Shown here: piece after piece, positions 1-8,066 of the stretch
Position numbering within the stretch: position 1 is the first letter of the stretch
Layout: every line of letters starts with the position of its first letter
Source: Zestosphaera tikiterensis
GTDB lineage: Archaea; Thermoproteota; Thermoprotei_A; Sulfolobales; NBVN01
NCBI GenBank assembly: GCA_003056265.1
Contig: NBVN01000001.1
Span: 120,001-152,000, forward strand
Direction of reading: 5' to 3'
DNA length: 32,000 nucleotides
The notes under the pieces: generated by a model
The model's input: only the letters and a program-made list of their open reading frames with translations
Databases searched by the model: none
Told to the model about the DNA's origin: nothing
Program-made: the position numbers and the translations under genes

Positions 1-19
1 GCCTACCTTACGTAAATCG

Positions 20-3000
20 GTGGTTGATATGGGCTGTAAGGCGGAAAACCTACGTGGTTTGGCTGGTGTGGTATTAACTTTTATTACATTACTTTCGATA
101 ATCAGTCCTTTAACCGTGATCCTCACCTCTAAAACAGTTAAGGCGTTTCCTAACCTAGCGGTTGTTGATACGCATTTCTACAGCTCCTCAGGCAGTACTG
201 AAGTATATCCAGGGAGTAGGAACGCTAGGATAGTTGTTGAGGTTAGGAATTTAGAGAACGTCTCTATTAAGGATGTGCAGGGATGTTTTCAACTACCTCC
301 GGGGTTTTCTGTAGCTAGTGGTTCAAGCTGCGTTAACGCTCTCTCACCTAACAACACCTTCAAAACTCAATACGAGTCAGGTGAAGTCTTTATACTTAGG
401 AATTACGTAAACGTAGGTAAGAACGTAAACCCAGGTGTTTACTACATTGACATTTCAGTAACTTACAGTACAAGCTCAGGGAATGTAAAGTCTGAAACCC
501 TAACGACGTACGTTTACGTTTACCCATATCCTGCGATTTCTTTAGCTGTAGTTGATGTGTGGTGGGATTCTAACGAGGTTTTTCCGGGGACTCAGAACGC
601 CGCCTTACATCTAAGGCTTAAGAACGTAGGTAACTCAGACATTGTGGGGGGTTATGGTAAGGCGATATTAGGGAGGCAATTAAAGCCTGAGGAGATTAGG
701 TTTAACCTACCCGCATTACCCAGCGGCAACACTTACGAGCTTATCTTAACAGGGATAGACATACCTACGAATACGTCACCAGACGAATATAGAATAACGC
801 TTAAGGTTAACGTTACGGCAAATACGGAAGACGGCGTTGAATACGAAGCTAAGAACGTTGAAATACCGTTTAAAGTTAAGGTGTCTGAAGCACCTGCCCC
901 TCAGCTAGATGTCGTTGATTCGGGGTGGGTTTACGGTACGTCTTACGTCGAGGGCAGATCCATTAGTATATATGTAACGCTTCAAAACGTAGGCCATCAA
1001 ACTATAAACTCCTTGAAAGCTAAGTTGCTTCTGCCTAAAGGACTTCAAAGCAGGGACGGGAGGAACTACGTAGTTACGACGTTAAGTAGGGCGGTAGGTT
1101 ATGGCGATATCTTCACTTTAACGTTTAACGACATCATCACATCTCTACAGGGCTTAAGTGAGTTAAAATTTACGTTAGTTTTAGAAGGTCTTGCCACATA
1201 TAGGAACGCGGAGTTCTGGTTTAACGTATCAATTCAATCTTCAGCTAAAGTGGTTTCTGAAAACATACTTAAGCTTACTGACGTATGGTGGAGTTACGGA
1301 GGTTCCTCAGCTGAAGCCTTACCAACAGCTCAGAAGATTAACCTAAACTTCAGGATAGCAAACTTAGGTCAAGACCCGCTGACGGTGTTGGAAGCTAAGC
1401 TTAAACTACCTCAGGAATTCAACGTAAGAACCTTAGAAGGCAATTGCTTAACCACAGTTCAAGCGGGTATGACATGCACCCTTCAAGCGTTGGTGGACGT
1501 AAGCCCTAACGCAGTAGCTGGAGTGTATAACGGAACTTTAACCCTTACTTACGTAGTCCGTACAGGCTCCTCACTTCTTTACTCAATTAAAGAGTTTAAC
1601 GTCAACCTATACGTAAGTAACCCTAGATCTTACGAACCAAACGTAGTTCTAAGTAAGGTTTGGTGGGGTGCTACAACCCCAACAGTTTCCTACGGTTTGG
1701 AGAACTTACTTCCAGTACATGTTGAGTTAACGAATCTTGGAAGGTATAACGCTGAATATGTTTACGTTAAGGTAGTGAGCCCGCAAAATATAACCATAGT
1801 TGATGGGGAGGGGCTTTGCTCAAACACTTTATCTGCCGGGGGTCTATGTAGGTTAACACCCTACCTTAACTTAAAGGGTTTAAACGTAAGTAACGTTACG
1901 TTGCAGGTGTTAGTAACTTACTACCTAACGCTTTACGGTACGTACATACAGTTCAGTAAGAACTTTACTGTAACGTTGCCTTTGACGATATACCCACCTC
2001 AAACCTTGGGAAGATTAGGTGTTGTGAACTACGGCTGGATGAATAACTATCCGGTCTTCCCCAACACGCAAAACGCTACCTACGTTATTACGTTGGTTAA
2101 CCGCTATCCATACCCGATCTCAGCTATCAACGCAGAGCTTCTACTGCCTGAAGGCGTTAGCGCTAGTAAAGGATTACGTACTGCTTACGTAGCAGGCCCT
2201 ATACAACCTAATCAAGTAGTTCAGCTTTCATACACGTTAAACGTAGGTAACGTAAGCCCTGGAACTTACGAAGCTCAACTAAACATCTACTATTTAATCC
2301 TCTCAGGTGGTGAGGGTTTAGGAGCTACTGAAGTTTTGAAAGTACCTATTCAAGTTAACTCATACACCTCTGGGATTCAATTAGTTACGACCTCATGGGT
2401 TGGAAAGCCTGCTGAGCCGGGAACTTACGGGAACGCTTTAGTAGTTGTTTTACGGAACCTCGATTTCCCACAGATGAACGGCGTTATTGCTGAAGTCTCC
2501 CTACCTAACGGTATAGTCGCCTCGTCAAATAATAAATCCGTGGTTAAGCTCCCAGCCTCGTCTACCCCAACCCTTCAGCAAGGGATTCAAGCTCAACTCC
2601 CGCCTCAAATACAAGAGTTGTTGAAGACTGTACAGCAACCACAGACGATAACTCAATTCAGTAAAGGTGACTTCATATACTTCACTCTACAACTTAACGT
2701 ACTTAACGTAAGCCCAGGTACGTACGAAGCTCTGTTTAACGTTTCATTCATAGATCATTGGGGTAACTTAAGATCTTACGAGGTTAAAGTACCTGTGAAT
2801 GTCTTGGGAGCGCCGATACTTATAACTGTTTGGAGTGATGATAGCTTAAACTTTAAAGATTCACGCGTAGTTAACATGAAGGTTAAGCTCCTAAACTTAG
2901 GTTCTTCACCAGCTTACAACGTTTACCTAGCTGTATATCCTTACGGAACCTACACGTTACTGCCTAAGTCAACCCCTATCTACATAGATAGATTGCTGCC

Positions 3001-3625
3001 TAACGAAGTTAAGGTTGTTGAAATTCCCGTGTATTTAAACCCGTTACCATCCTCTCAAATTCCTGTGGCAATAACATACGGTAACATACCCTTTATGGCT
3101 ACGGTTATATACACTACGGCAACCGGGTTTAGGCAGATCTTCAACACGACATTCACGGTTAGTGTGGAGCCCTTCATCAAGCTCTTGCTTACGGATGTGA
3201 AGAGTTCCTACATTAACGGTGAGTATAGGGTTTCAGGAACTATAATTAACGTTGGAAACGCTCAAGCTCAGAGACTCACGAGTAAGTTAATCGTAGGTGA
3301 CTTAAGCAGTCCTGAGGAGTTCATAGGTGATTTAGATCCTTCATCTCAGGTGAGCTTCTCCATAAGGTATCAGGGAAGCTACTTAAGTAAGATTAAGCTG
3401 GTCTTAAGTTATAGAAACCCATACAACGAAGTTGAGGAGGTGGTTGAGGAATTGAATGTAGCGGAGGTTGTAACCCCTACGGTAACCGTAACCCCGCAAC
3501 CTTCAGAAACAGAGTTGCTGTTTAGGTATGGGGTGATCATCGCTATAATTGTTTTTCTAGCGTTTGTGGTGGTATTGCTTTACAGGTATTTAAAGACACA
3601 TCCAATACCAACCGTTAGAGAGTGA
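20..3625 (+). CDS. Very large (about 1200 aa) secreted, C-terminally membrane-anchored surface protein built from about nine tandem CARDB/COG1361-like (Ig-like beta-sandwich) domains
   Basis: Uninterrupted 3.6 kb ORF. N-terminal signal-like hydrophobic stretch (LAGVVLTFITLLSIISPLTVIL). Periodicity of about 120-145 aa with recurring VVD/TDVWW ... L-x-N-[VL]-G and PG-x-Y motifs. Many N-x-S/T sequons. C-terminal TM helix (GVIIAIIVFLAFVVVLLY) plus basic tail. The frame is open to the window start, and ATG at 29 is as plausible a start as GTG at 20. Confidence 0.85.
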   Translation: MVDMGCKAENLRGLAGVVLTFITLLSIISPLTVILTSKTVKAFPNLAVVDTHFYSSSGSTEVYPGSRNARIVVEVRNLENVSIKDVQGCFQLPPGFSVASGSSCVNALSPNNTFKTQYESGEVFILRNYVNVGKNVNPGVYYIDISVTYSTSSGNVKSETLTTYVYVYPYPAISLAVVDVWWDSNEVFPGTQNAALHLRLKNVGNSDIVGGYGKAILGRQLKPEEIRFNLPALPSGNTYELILTGIDIPTNTSPDEYRITLKVNVTANTEDGVEYEAKNVEIPFKVKVSEAPAPQLDVVDSGWVYGTSYVEGRSISIYVTLQNVGHQTINSLKAKLLLPKGLQSRDGRNYVVTTLSRAVGYGDIFTLTFNDIITSLQGLSELKFTLVLEGLATYRNAEFWFNVSIQSSAKVVSENILKLTDVWWSYGGSSAEALPTAQKINLNFRIANLGQDPLTVLEAKLKLPQEFNVRTLEGNCLTTVQAGMTCTLQALVDVSPNAVAGVYNGTLTLTYVVRTGSSLLYSIKEFNVNLYVSNPRSYEPNVVLSKVWWGATTPTVSYGLENLLPVHVELTNLGRYNAEYVYVKVVSPQNITIVDGEGLCSNTLSAGGLCRLTPYLNLKGLNVSNVTLQVLVTYYLTLYGTYIQFSKNFTVTLPLTIYPPQTLGRLGVVNYGWMNNYPVFPNTQNATYVITLVNRYPYPISAINAELLLPEGVSASKGLRTAYVAGPIQPNQVVQLSYTLNVGNVSPGTYEAQLNIYYLILSGGEGLGATEVLKVPIQVNSYTSGIQLVTTSWVGKPAEPGTYGNALVVVLRNLDFPQMNGVIAEVSLPNGIVASSNNKSVVKLPASSTPTLQQGIQAQLPPQIQELLKTVQQPQTITQFSKGDFIYFTLQLNVLNVSPGTYEALFNVSFIDHWGNLRSYEVKVPVNVLGAPILITVWSDDSLNFKDSRVVNMKVKLLNLGSSPAYNVYLAVYPYGTYTLLPKSTPIYIDRLLPNEVKVVEIPVYLNPLPSSQIPVAITYGNIPFMATVIYTTATGFRQIFNTTFTVSVEPFIKLLLTDVKSSYINGEYRVSGTIINVGNAQAQRLTSKLIVGDLSSPEEFIGDLDPSSQVSFSIRYQGSYLSKIKLVLSYRNPYNEVEEVVEELNVAEVVTPTVTVTPQPSETELLFRYGVIIAIIVFLAFVVVLLYRYLKTHPIPTVRE
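155..3439 (+). repeat. Intragenic tandem array of about nine divergent domain repeats (protein-level repeats, starting near aa 46, 174, 296, 418, 542, 666, 786, 932 and 1052)
   Basis: Each unit opens with a V/L-x-D/N-x-W-like strand (AVVDVWWDSNEVFPG, LTDVWWSYGG, LSKVWWGATT, VVNYGWMNNYPVFPN, VTTSWVGKPAEPG, ITVWSDDS). This is followed by x-L-x-N-[LV]-G and later a PG-x-Y strand. Repeats are recognisable at protein level only; the DNA copies have diverged. Confidence 0.7.
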
Positions 3626-3631
3626 TTTTAA

Positions 3632-4849
3632 GTGTTGTTAGAGATCTTAAGATATGCTTCGAAAGCCTTAACGGAGAAGAGGTTTAGAGCTGTTTTAACG
3701 ATAATAGGCATAGCTATAGGTCCTCTAGCATTAACTATGATGACTTCAACCGTAAGGGGTTACGCAGATTACGTACAGCAACAGATACTTTCCTTAGGTC
3801 AAAACACTGTAGTGGTTATGCCTACTGAAAGATATCAACTCACGCAATCCGATTTAGACTTCATTAAAAGCCTTGATGAGGTTGAAGACGCTCAACCGTT
3901 TTTCTCACTTCAAGGATTTATAACGACTCCCGAGGGTAGGAAAGGCGTGTTTATATACGCTATAGATTCTTCAATACTGCTTAAAGCTGTCGGCAATTTA
4001 GAGCTGGAGTCTGGGGATTTCCCCTCAGAATCTGAGACAGCATACGCTGTAATAGGTAACGCAGTGGCCTACACCTCAAATAAGGAGGTGAAGCTTTACG
4101 ATTTAGGAGATGCTATAACTGTTAACATACCTCAGGTTAAGTCTGGAGGTCAGGTAGCTTTAAAACGCGTGAGTTTTAGAGTTAAGGGAATCCTAAAGGA
4201 GTTTGGAGGGGCGTTTTTCGTGTCGCCTGATCAAAGCGTTTTCCTACCTCTTAAGTCTGGAAAGACCGTATTGGGTGAGGATAAGTGGTCTGGAATATTC
4301 GTAGTTGTTAAAGATCCTGTATTGGTTGAGTCGACTGTAAGTAAGTTAAGGAGCGTATATCAAGACAGGTTAACGATAGTAGCTTTTCAACAGATAGCTA
4401 GGATCGTAGCTTCGATAACGGGTGCTATGGACTTCATAACGTTCGCAACCTCGCTTTCAGCTTTCGCAGTAGCTGTTGCGGGAACAGCTGCAACAATGAT
4501 AACTTCAGTCATCGAACGAACTAGGGAGATAGGGGTTCTTAAAGCGATAGGGTTTACAGACGCGAGCGTTGTTCTAATGATTTTAGCTGAGTCTTTAATA
4601 ATGTCTTTAATCGGTGGTGCTATAGGAATTACAACAGGTGTTTTAGGTGCTCACGTACTGGCTTCAAGAGGCCTTACAATATCGGCTTCAGCAACTACGA
4701 ACATAGTTATTCAAGCATCACCTAAGATAACGCTTGAAAACCTCGCAAGCACTATAGCTATAACTATATTTGTAGGTGTGGCAGGAGGCATCATGCCCGC
4801 GTATAGAGCAGCTAAAATACCTCCAGCCGTCGCGTTAAGGTATGAGTGA
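3632..4849 (+). CDS. ABC transporter permease, MacB/FtsX type (four TM helices with a large extracytoplasmic domain)
   Basis: 405 aa. N-terminal TM (VLTIIGIAIGPLALTMM), an extracytoplasmic segment of about 230 aa, then three C-terminal TM helices carrying the FtsX-family loop motif ERTREIGVLKAIGF. The GTG start lies 6 nt after the stop of the preceding gene. Confidence 0.88.
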   Translation: MLLEILRYASKALTEKRFRAVLTIIGIAIGPLALTMMTSTVRGYADYVQQQILSLGQNTVVVMPTERYQLTQSDLDFIKSLDEVEDAQPFFSLQGFITTPEGRKGVFIYAIDSSILLKAVGNLELESGDFPSESETAYAVIGNAVAYTSNKEVKLYDLGDAITVNIPQVKSGGQVALKRVSFRVKGILKEFGGAFFVSPDQSVFLPLKSGKTVLGEDKWSGIFVVVKDPVLVESTVSKLRSVYQDRLTIVAFQQIARIVASITGAMDFITFATSLSAFAVAVAGTAATMITSVIERTREIGVLKAIGFTDASVVLMILAESLIMSLIGGAIGITTGVLGAHVLASRGLTISASATTNIVIQASPKITLENLASTIAITIFVGVAGGIMPAYRAAKIPPAVALRYE

Positions 4850-4864
4850 CGTGATTAAAGGACT

Positions 4865-5830
4865 TCAGCGACGACTTCTTAACCTCGTGAAGTATATGAG
4901 GAACGCTAAGGCAAGCACAACGACTAACAACATTGAGTAAATCACATATGTTATAGTTGGATATTCATTTGTGCGTCCTACAGCAGCCGTTGTTGACTTA
5001 GAGTAGAGGGGGTGGTAAGCCTCGCCAGTATCACCCATAACTACAGCCGTAGTTGAAGGATCTATAACTACTATGTAAGCAGGTCTTAGTTGAGTTTCAT
5101 AGATTAGGAAAGCTTTGAAGACTTTCTTATAGGAGGAGACGTTAAACTTCTTAAGCTTATCTAAGGCTTCCACCTCACTTAAGTTGAATCTGATGTGGGA
5201 TGTCTTAACTAGGCCTTCAAGTAGGGGGTATTCATTAAATACTGTGTAAAACGATAGAGGTGGGGCAGAGTAAATTCTATATGTTAATGTAGCTGGAGTT
5301 AATGAAACCACGTCTTTCTTGAAGAAGTAGACTGGGGTTTCATTAATGATTAATTGACCTCCAACAATCGATACGTTGCTGTACGAAGACATCGATTTTT
5401 TAAAGTCGTTAAACATCTCAACTATCCCGTCGGATATGATGTTAGGTAGTGTTTGCTGTTCTGTAGCATTTAAACCTCTAAAATCCAACGTAACTTCAAA
5501 CTTTATAGCGTAGCATGCTTGGTTAATAATGGATGTCGTAACCTCTAGCTTTACAGCGTTGCTTAAGTTTAGCTTAAATACCTGGGTTTTAAAACCCGTA
5601 TATTGAGTGTATACTTGCTCGTTAAGGACTTCATACTTACTCAAGTTGAGTTTAAGCGAAGGTATGTATCTACTTACTAAGGTCTTAACAACGTTTAAGC
5701 ACGTTTCTAAGTCATTATCAGCTACGTAAGATGTGTTAGACGTTTTAAGAACTGGAGTTAATGAACTACTAACGATTAATAACATCATAACGTAAAGATA
5801 TGAAGAAGTTTTCCCGGACGTACACATCAC
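4865..5830 (-). CDS. Hypothetical secreted protein with C-terminal membrane anchor
   Basis: 321-aa ORF. N-terminal hydrophobic signal-like segment (YLYVMMLLIVSSSL), a beta-rich body with several N-x-S/T sequons, and a C-terminal TM (VIYSMLLVVVLALAFLIYF) followed by RLRSRR. No family recognised. ATG at 5827 is one codon inside GTG 5830. Confidence 0.65.
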   Translation of the reverse strand: MMCTSGKTSSYLYVMMLLIVSSSLTPVLKTSNTSYVADNDLETCLNVVKTLVSRYIPSLKLNLSKYEVLNEQVYTQYTGFKTQVFKLNLSNAVKLEVTTSIINQACYAIKFEVTLDFRGLNATEQQTLPNIISDGIVEMFNDFKKSMSSYSNVSIVGGQLIINETPVYFFKKDVVSLTPATLTYRIYSAPPLSFYTVFNEYPLLEGLVKTSHIRFNLSEVEALDKLKKFNVSSYKKVFKAFLIYETQLRPAYIVVIDPSTTAVVMGDTGEAYHPLYSKSTTAAVGRTNEYPTITYVIYSMLLVVVLALAFLIYFTRLRSRR

Positions 5831-5844
5831 CTAATTATTAACTA

Positions 5845-5861
5845 CGTTAAAAGCGTTAAAA
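5845..5861 (-). promoter_or_regulatory. Candidate TATA/BRE-like promoter element (tandem TTTTAACG x2 on the minus strand) for the 321-aa gene
   Basis: The plus strand reads cgttaaaa-g-cgttaaaa at 5845-5852 and 5854-5861. This is centred about 26 nt upstream of the start codon at 5827-5830, the spacing expected for an archaeal TATA box on a leaderless or short-leader mRNA. Confidence 0.3.
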
Positions 5862-5930
5862 CATTTCTTGCATTTTAAAGAATTCCTACGTAAAACAGCT
5901 TTGCTGATGATGTAGCGTAAGTATTGAATT

Positions 5931-6212
5931 TCACTCTATGGTATGACCTTGCTTTTGATAGCATATCCTTCTCTTTATCTCTGTAAATTCCACGCTTACC
6001 TCTTTAGGTAAGGCTTCAGAACTTAATCTACTAAGTTTTGAGTTAAGGAATTCAGATAAGCTGGCGTCTTCATTTACGTTGCATGGCGTGTTTTCTAATA
6101 TTGTGATTAATTCAAGTATGGAGTACGGATCGAAATACAGGTTATGTTTAGCTAAGGTGTTTCTAACTTCAGACATTACGGAATTTACTTCACGTCCGTT
6201 CAAACTCATCAC
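5931..6212 (-). CDS. Hypothetical small protein (93 aa)
   Basis: Open frame with GTG-ATG at 6212/6209, not overlapped by a better ORF. No recognisable motif, so coding status is unproven. Confidence 0.4.
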   Translation of the reverse strand: MMSLNGREVNSVMSEVRNTLAKHNLYFDPYSILELITILENTPCNVNEDASLSEFLNSKLSRLSSEALPKEVSVEFTEIKRRICYQKQGHTIE

Positions 6213-6306
6213 CGACTGCGTGTTTTATACTGAATATATGTAGTTAAGGTTTAAAAACATTAAGCAATATAAACATAGAAAGTATAGGTAGTAATGGTGG
6301 TGCATT

Positions 6307-6534
6307 ATGGGTTCAATTAAAGTCGTTGTTGATAGAAACAAATGCATATCATGTGGTATAGCGCCAGCGGTGTGCCCTGAAGTATTCGTGCTTGAAGGCA
6401 AGAATAGAGTAGTAGATAAGTATTCTAAACAGACGGACAACAACATATCTATAGGTGAGGTGCCTGAAGAATTACGGGAATGCGTGGTTAACGCCGCTAA
6501 TTCATGTCCTGTTAACGCAATAACCGTAGAGTGA
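6307..6534 (+). CDS. Small monocluster ferredoxin (Pyrococcus/Thermotoga Fd-like, 75 aa)
   Basis: CISCGIAPAVCPEVF near the N-terminus and SCPVNAITVE at the C-terminus align without gaps to the CIGDAICASLCPDVF ... ACPVSAITIE layout of single-cluster archaeal ferredoxins. GGTGGTG lies 6 nt upstream of the ATG. Confidence 0.85.
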   Translation: MGSIKVVVDRNKCISCGIAPAVCPEVFVLEGKNRVVDKYSKQTDNNISIGEVPEELRECVVNAANSCPVNAITVE

Positions 6535-6568
6535 AGTACGAGATAAACCTTAATGAGAAGTAAGTAAA

Positions 6569-6583
6569 TTTTTGATAATTTTT
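6569..6583 (+). terminator. Candidate archaeal oligo-T terminator (two T5 tracts) after the ferredoxin gene
   Basis: TTTTT at 6569-6573 and TTTTT at 6579-6583, 35-50 nt after the TGA stop at 6532-6534. Confidence 0.4.
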
Positions 6584-6640
6584 AATTATAACCATGTAGG
6601 TAATGAAGGGTTTCACGCATTTAAAGATTTACTACCCTAC

Positions 6641-6659
6641 TTAAAAGAAAATCTTTTAA
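6641..6659. promoter_or_regulatory. Perfect 8+8 bp palindrome TTAAAAGA-AAA-TCTTTTAA upstream of the BMP ABC-transporter operon (candidate operator overlapping the promoter)
   Basis: TTAAAAGA (6641-6648) and TCTTTTAA (6652-6659) are exact reverse complements. A related half-site TTAAAGA lies at 6621-6627. The palindrome is 23-35 nt upstream of the candidate starts at 6682/6694. Confidence 0.35.
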
Positions 6660-6681
6660 GTTTTAACTATACTATATACAT

Positions 6682-8028
6682 GTGGTGTATCCGATGGATT
6701 TACGTGTAGCTATAACTAAAACCACCGCAGTAATTTTAGCTGTCGTCGTTATTATCGCAGTGGCTGGCGTTGCTTGGTACTTCACCTCTCAAGTACCACC
6801 CACAACAACCCCAACATCCCCTAAGCCTACAACAACTACACCGACGACAAGCCCGTCTCCAACTACCACCCCCAAACCTACGAAGAACGCCATAGCTATA
6901 GTTTACGACATAGGAGGTAGGGGAGACCTCAGCTTTAACGACATGGCTTATTTAGGCGGTTCTAAAGCAGCTAAAGACTTCGGTCTTGAGCTTAAGGAGG
7001 TTCAAAGCGTTAAAGAAGCTGATTACCTCCCCAACTTAAGGACTTTAGCTAAGGAGGGTAGGTATGTAGTTATAGTTGCGGTTGGTTTCTTAATGACTGA
7101 AGCCGTTACTACGGTTGCGGATGAGTTTCCAGACCAGCTCTTCGCGATAATCGACGGTTACATACCCGACAAGAAGAACGTTTTAAGCGTTATGTTTAAG
7201 GAACATGAAGGTAGTGCTTTAGTAGGTGCTTTAGCGGCGATGATAGCTCATCAATACGGATATTCAGCTGTCGGTGTAGTGTTAGGTATGGAAATACCTG
7301 TTCTGTATAAGTTTGAAGCAGGTTACTACTGGGGCATAAGATATGGTGAGGAAGTGTTTAAGCAGAAGACCGGCACTTCAATAACGCCTTTAAAGATCCT
7401 CTACACATATACAGGCGCGTTTAACGACCCAGCTAAAGGTAAAACAGCTACAGACGCTCAGCTAGGTCAGGGAGCGGGTGTTGTTTATAACGTAGCTGGC
7501 GCCACAGGCTTAGGCATCTTCGAATCTGTTGAGGAGTACTGTAAGAAGAACGGTAAGGACTACGGACCGCCGTTTGCCATAGGTGTTGACGCAGATCAAG
7601 ACTGGATAAAGCCAGGCTATATAATCGCTTCAATGATGAAGCGTGTTGACGTAGGTGTATATACGGCGGTTAAGAACGCTTTAGATTACTACGCAGGTAA
7701 GATATCAACCTACGGAGGCGTTCTAGAGTTAGGACTTAAGGAAGGAGGTATTTCAGTAAGCACCTTAGAGGATTTAGATACGTTCTTAGCTATAGCTATA
7801 CAGGCGGGGAGAACCGTCAATAGAGACGAGATCTACAACAAAGTCAAGACCATGAGGGACTCCATACCCTCTTGGATTTGGGATGAGGTAAAGAAGCTTG
7901 AAGAGATGATAAAGACGAATCCTTCAGGAGTTAAAGTCTCCGGGTTAAGCTTCGCCGACATCGCCGCTAAAATACCATACACGTCAGATACAATTAAAGA
8001 AGTGAGGACAGCGTTAAACGTAGGGTAA
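6682..8028 (+). CDS. BMP-family (PnrA-like, nucleoside-type) ABC transporter substrate-binding protein, anchored by an N-terminal helix and a Thr/Pro-rich stalk
   Basis: Family motif DIGGRGDLSFNDMAYLG directly after the stalk. N-terminal TM (AVILAVVVIIAVAGVAWYF). It is followed by the cognate ATPase and two permeases. ATG at 6694 is an alternative start. Confidence 0.9.
   Translation: MVYPMDLRVAITKTTAVILAVVVIIAVAGVAWYFTSQVPPTTTPTSPKPTTTTPTTSPSPTTTPKPTKNAIAIVYDIGGRGDLSFNDMAYLGGSKAAKDFGLELKEVQSVKEADYLPNLRTLAKEGRYVVIVAVGFLMTEAVTTVADEFPDQLFAIIDGYIPDKKNVLSVMFKEHEGSALVGALAAMIAHQYGYSAVGVVLGMEIPVLYKFEAGYYWGIRYGEEVFKQKTGTSITPLKILYTYTGAFNDPAKGKTATDAQLGQGAGVVYNVAGATGLGIFESVEEYCKKNGKDYGPPFAIGVDADQDWIKPGYIIASMMKRVDVGVYTAVKNALDYYAGKISTYGGVLELGLKEGGISVSTLEDLDTFLAIAIQAGRTVNRDEIYNKVKTMRDSIPSWIWDEVKKLEEMIKTNPSGVKVSGLSFADIAAKIPYTSDTIKEVRTALNVG
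6787..6885 (+). repeat. Low-complexity Thr/Pro-rich stalk-coding tract
   Basis: Encodes SQVPPTTTPTSPKPTTTTPTTSPSPTTTPKPTK between the membrane helix and the folded domain. Confidence 0.8.
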
Positions 8029-8060
8029 ACCAGATCCTTTACACCCATAACCCTACTTAA

Positions 8061-8066
8061 TTTTTT
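8061..8066 (+). terminator. Candidate oligo-T terminator after the binding-protein gene
   Basis: T6 tract 33 nt after the TAA stop at 8026-8028, inside a 103-nt AT-rich spacer before the ATPase gene. Confidence 0.35.

Noticed and set aside
1-15. Four codons plus TAA (GCC TAC CTT ACG TAA) that may be the 3' end of an upstream gene
   Set aside because: This is too short to call as a feature or to assign a function. It is mentioned only as context for the first finding.
5904-5910. CTGATGA, a possible C box of a C/D box sRNA, in the spacer after the 93-aa ORF
   Set aside because: No CTGA D/D' box and no second C' box within the expected 50-70 nt downstream. The preceding base is C rather than a purine.
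6225-6446. 73-aa minus-strand ORF overlapping the 5' half of the ferredoxin gene
   Set aside because: It is antisense to a gene with clear ferredoxin motifs and a good ribosome-binding site. Its own product is low-complexity and hydrophobic with no motif, so it is a shadow ORF.
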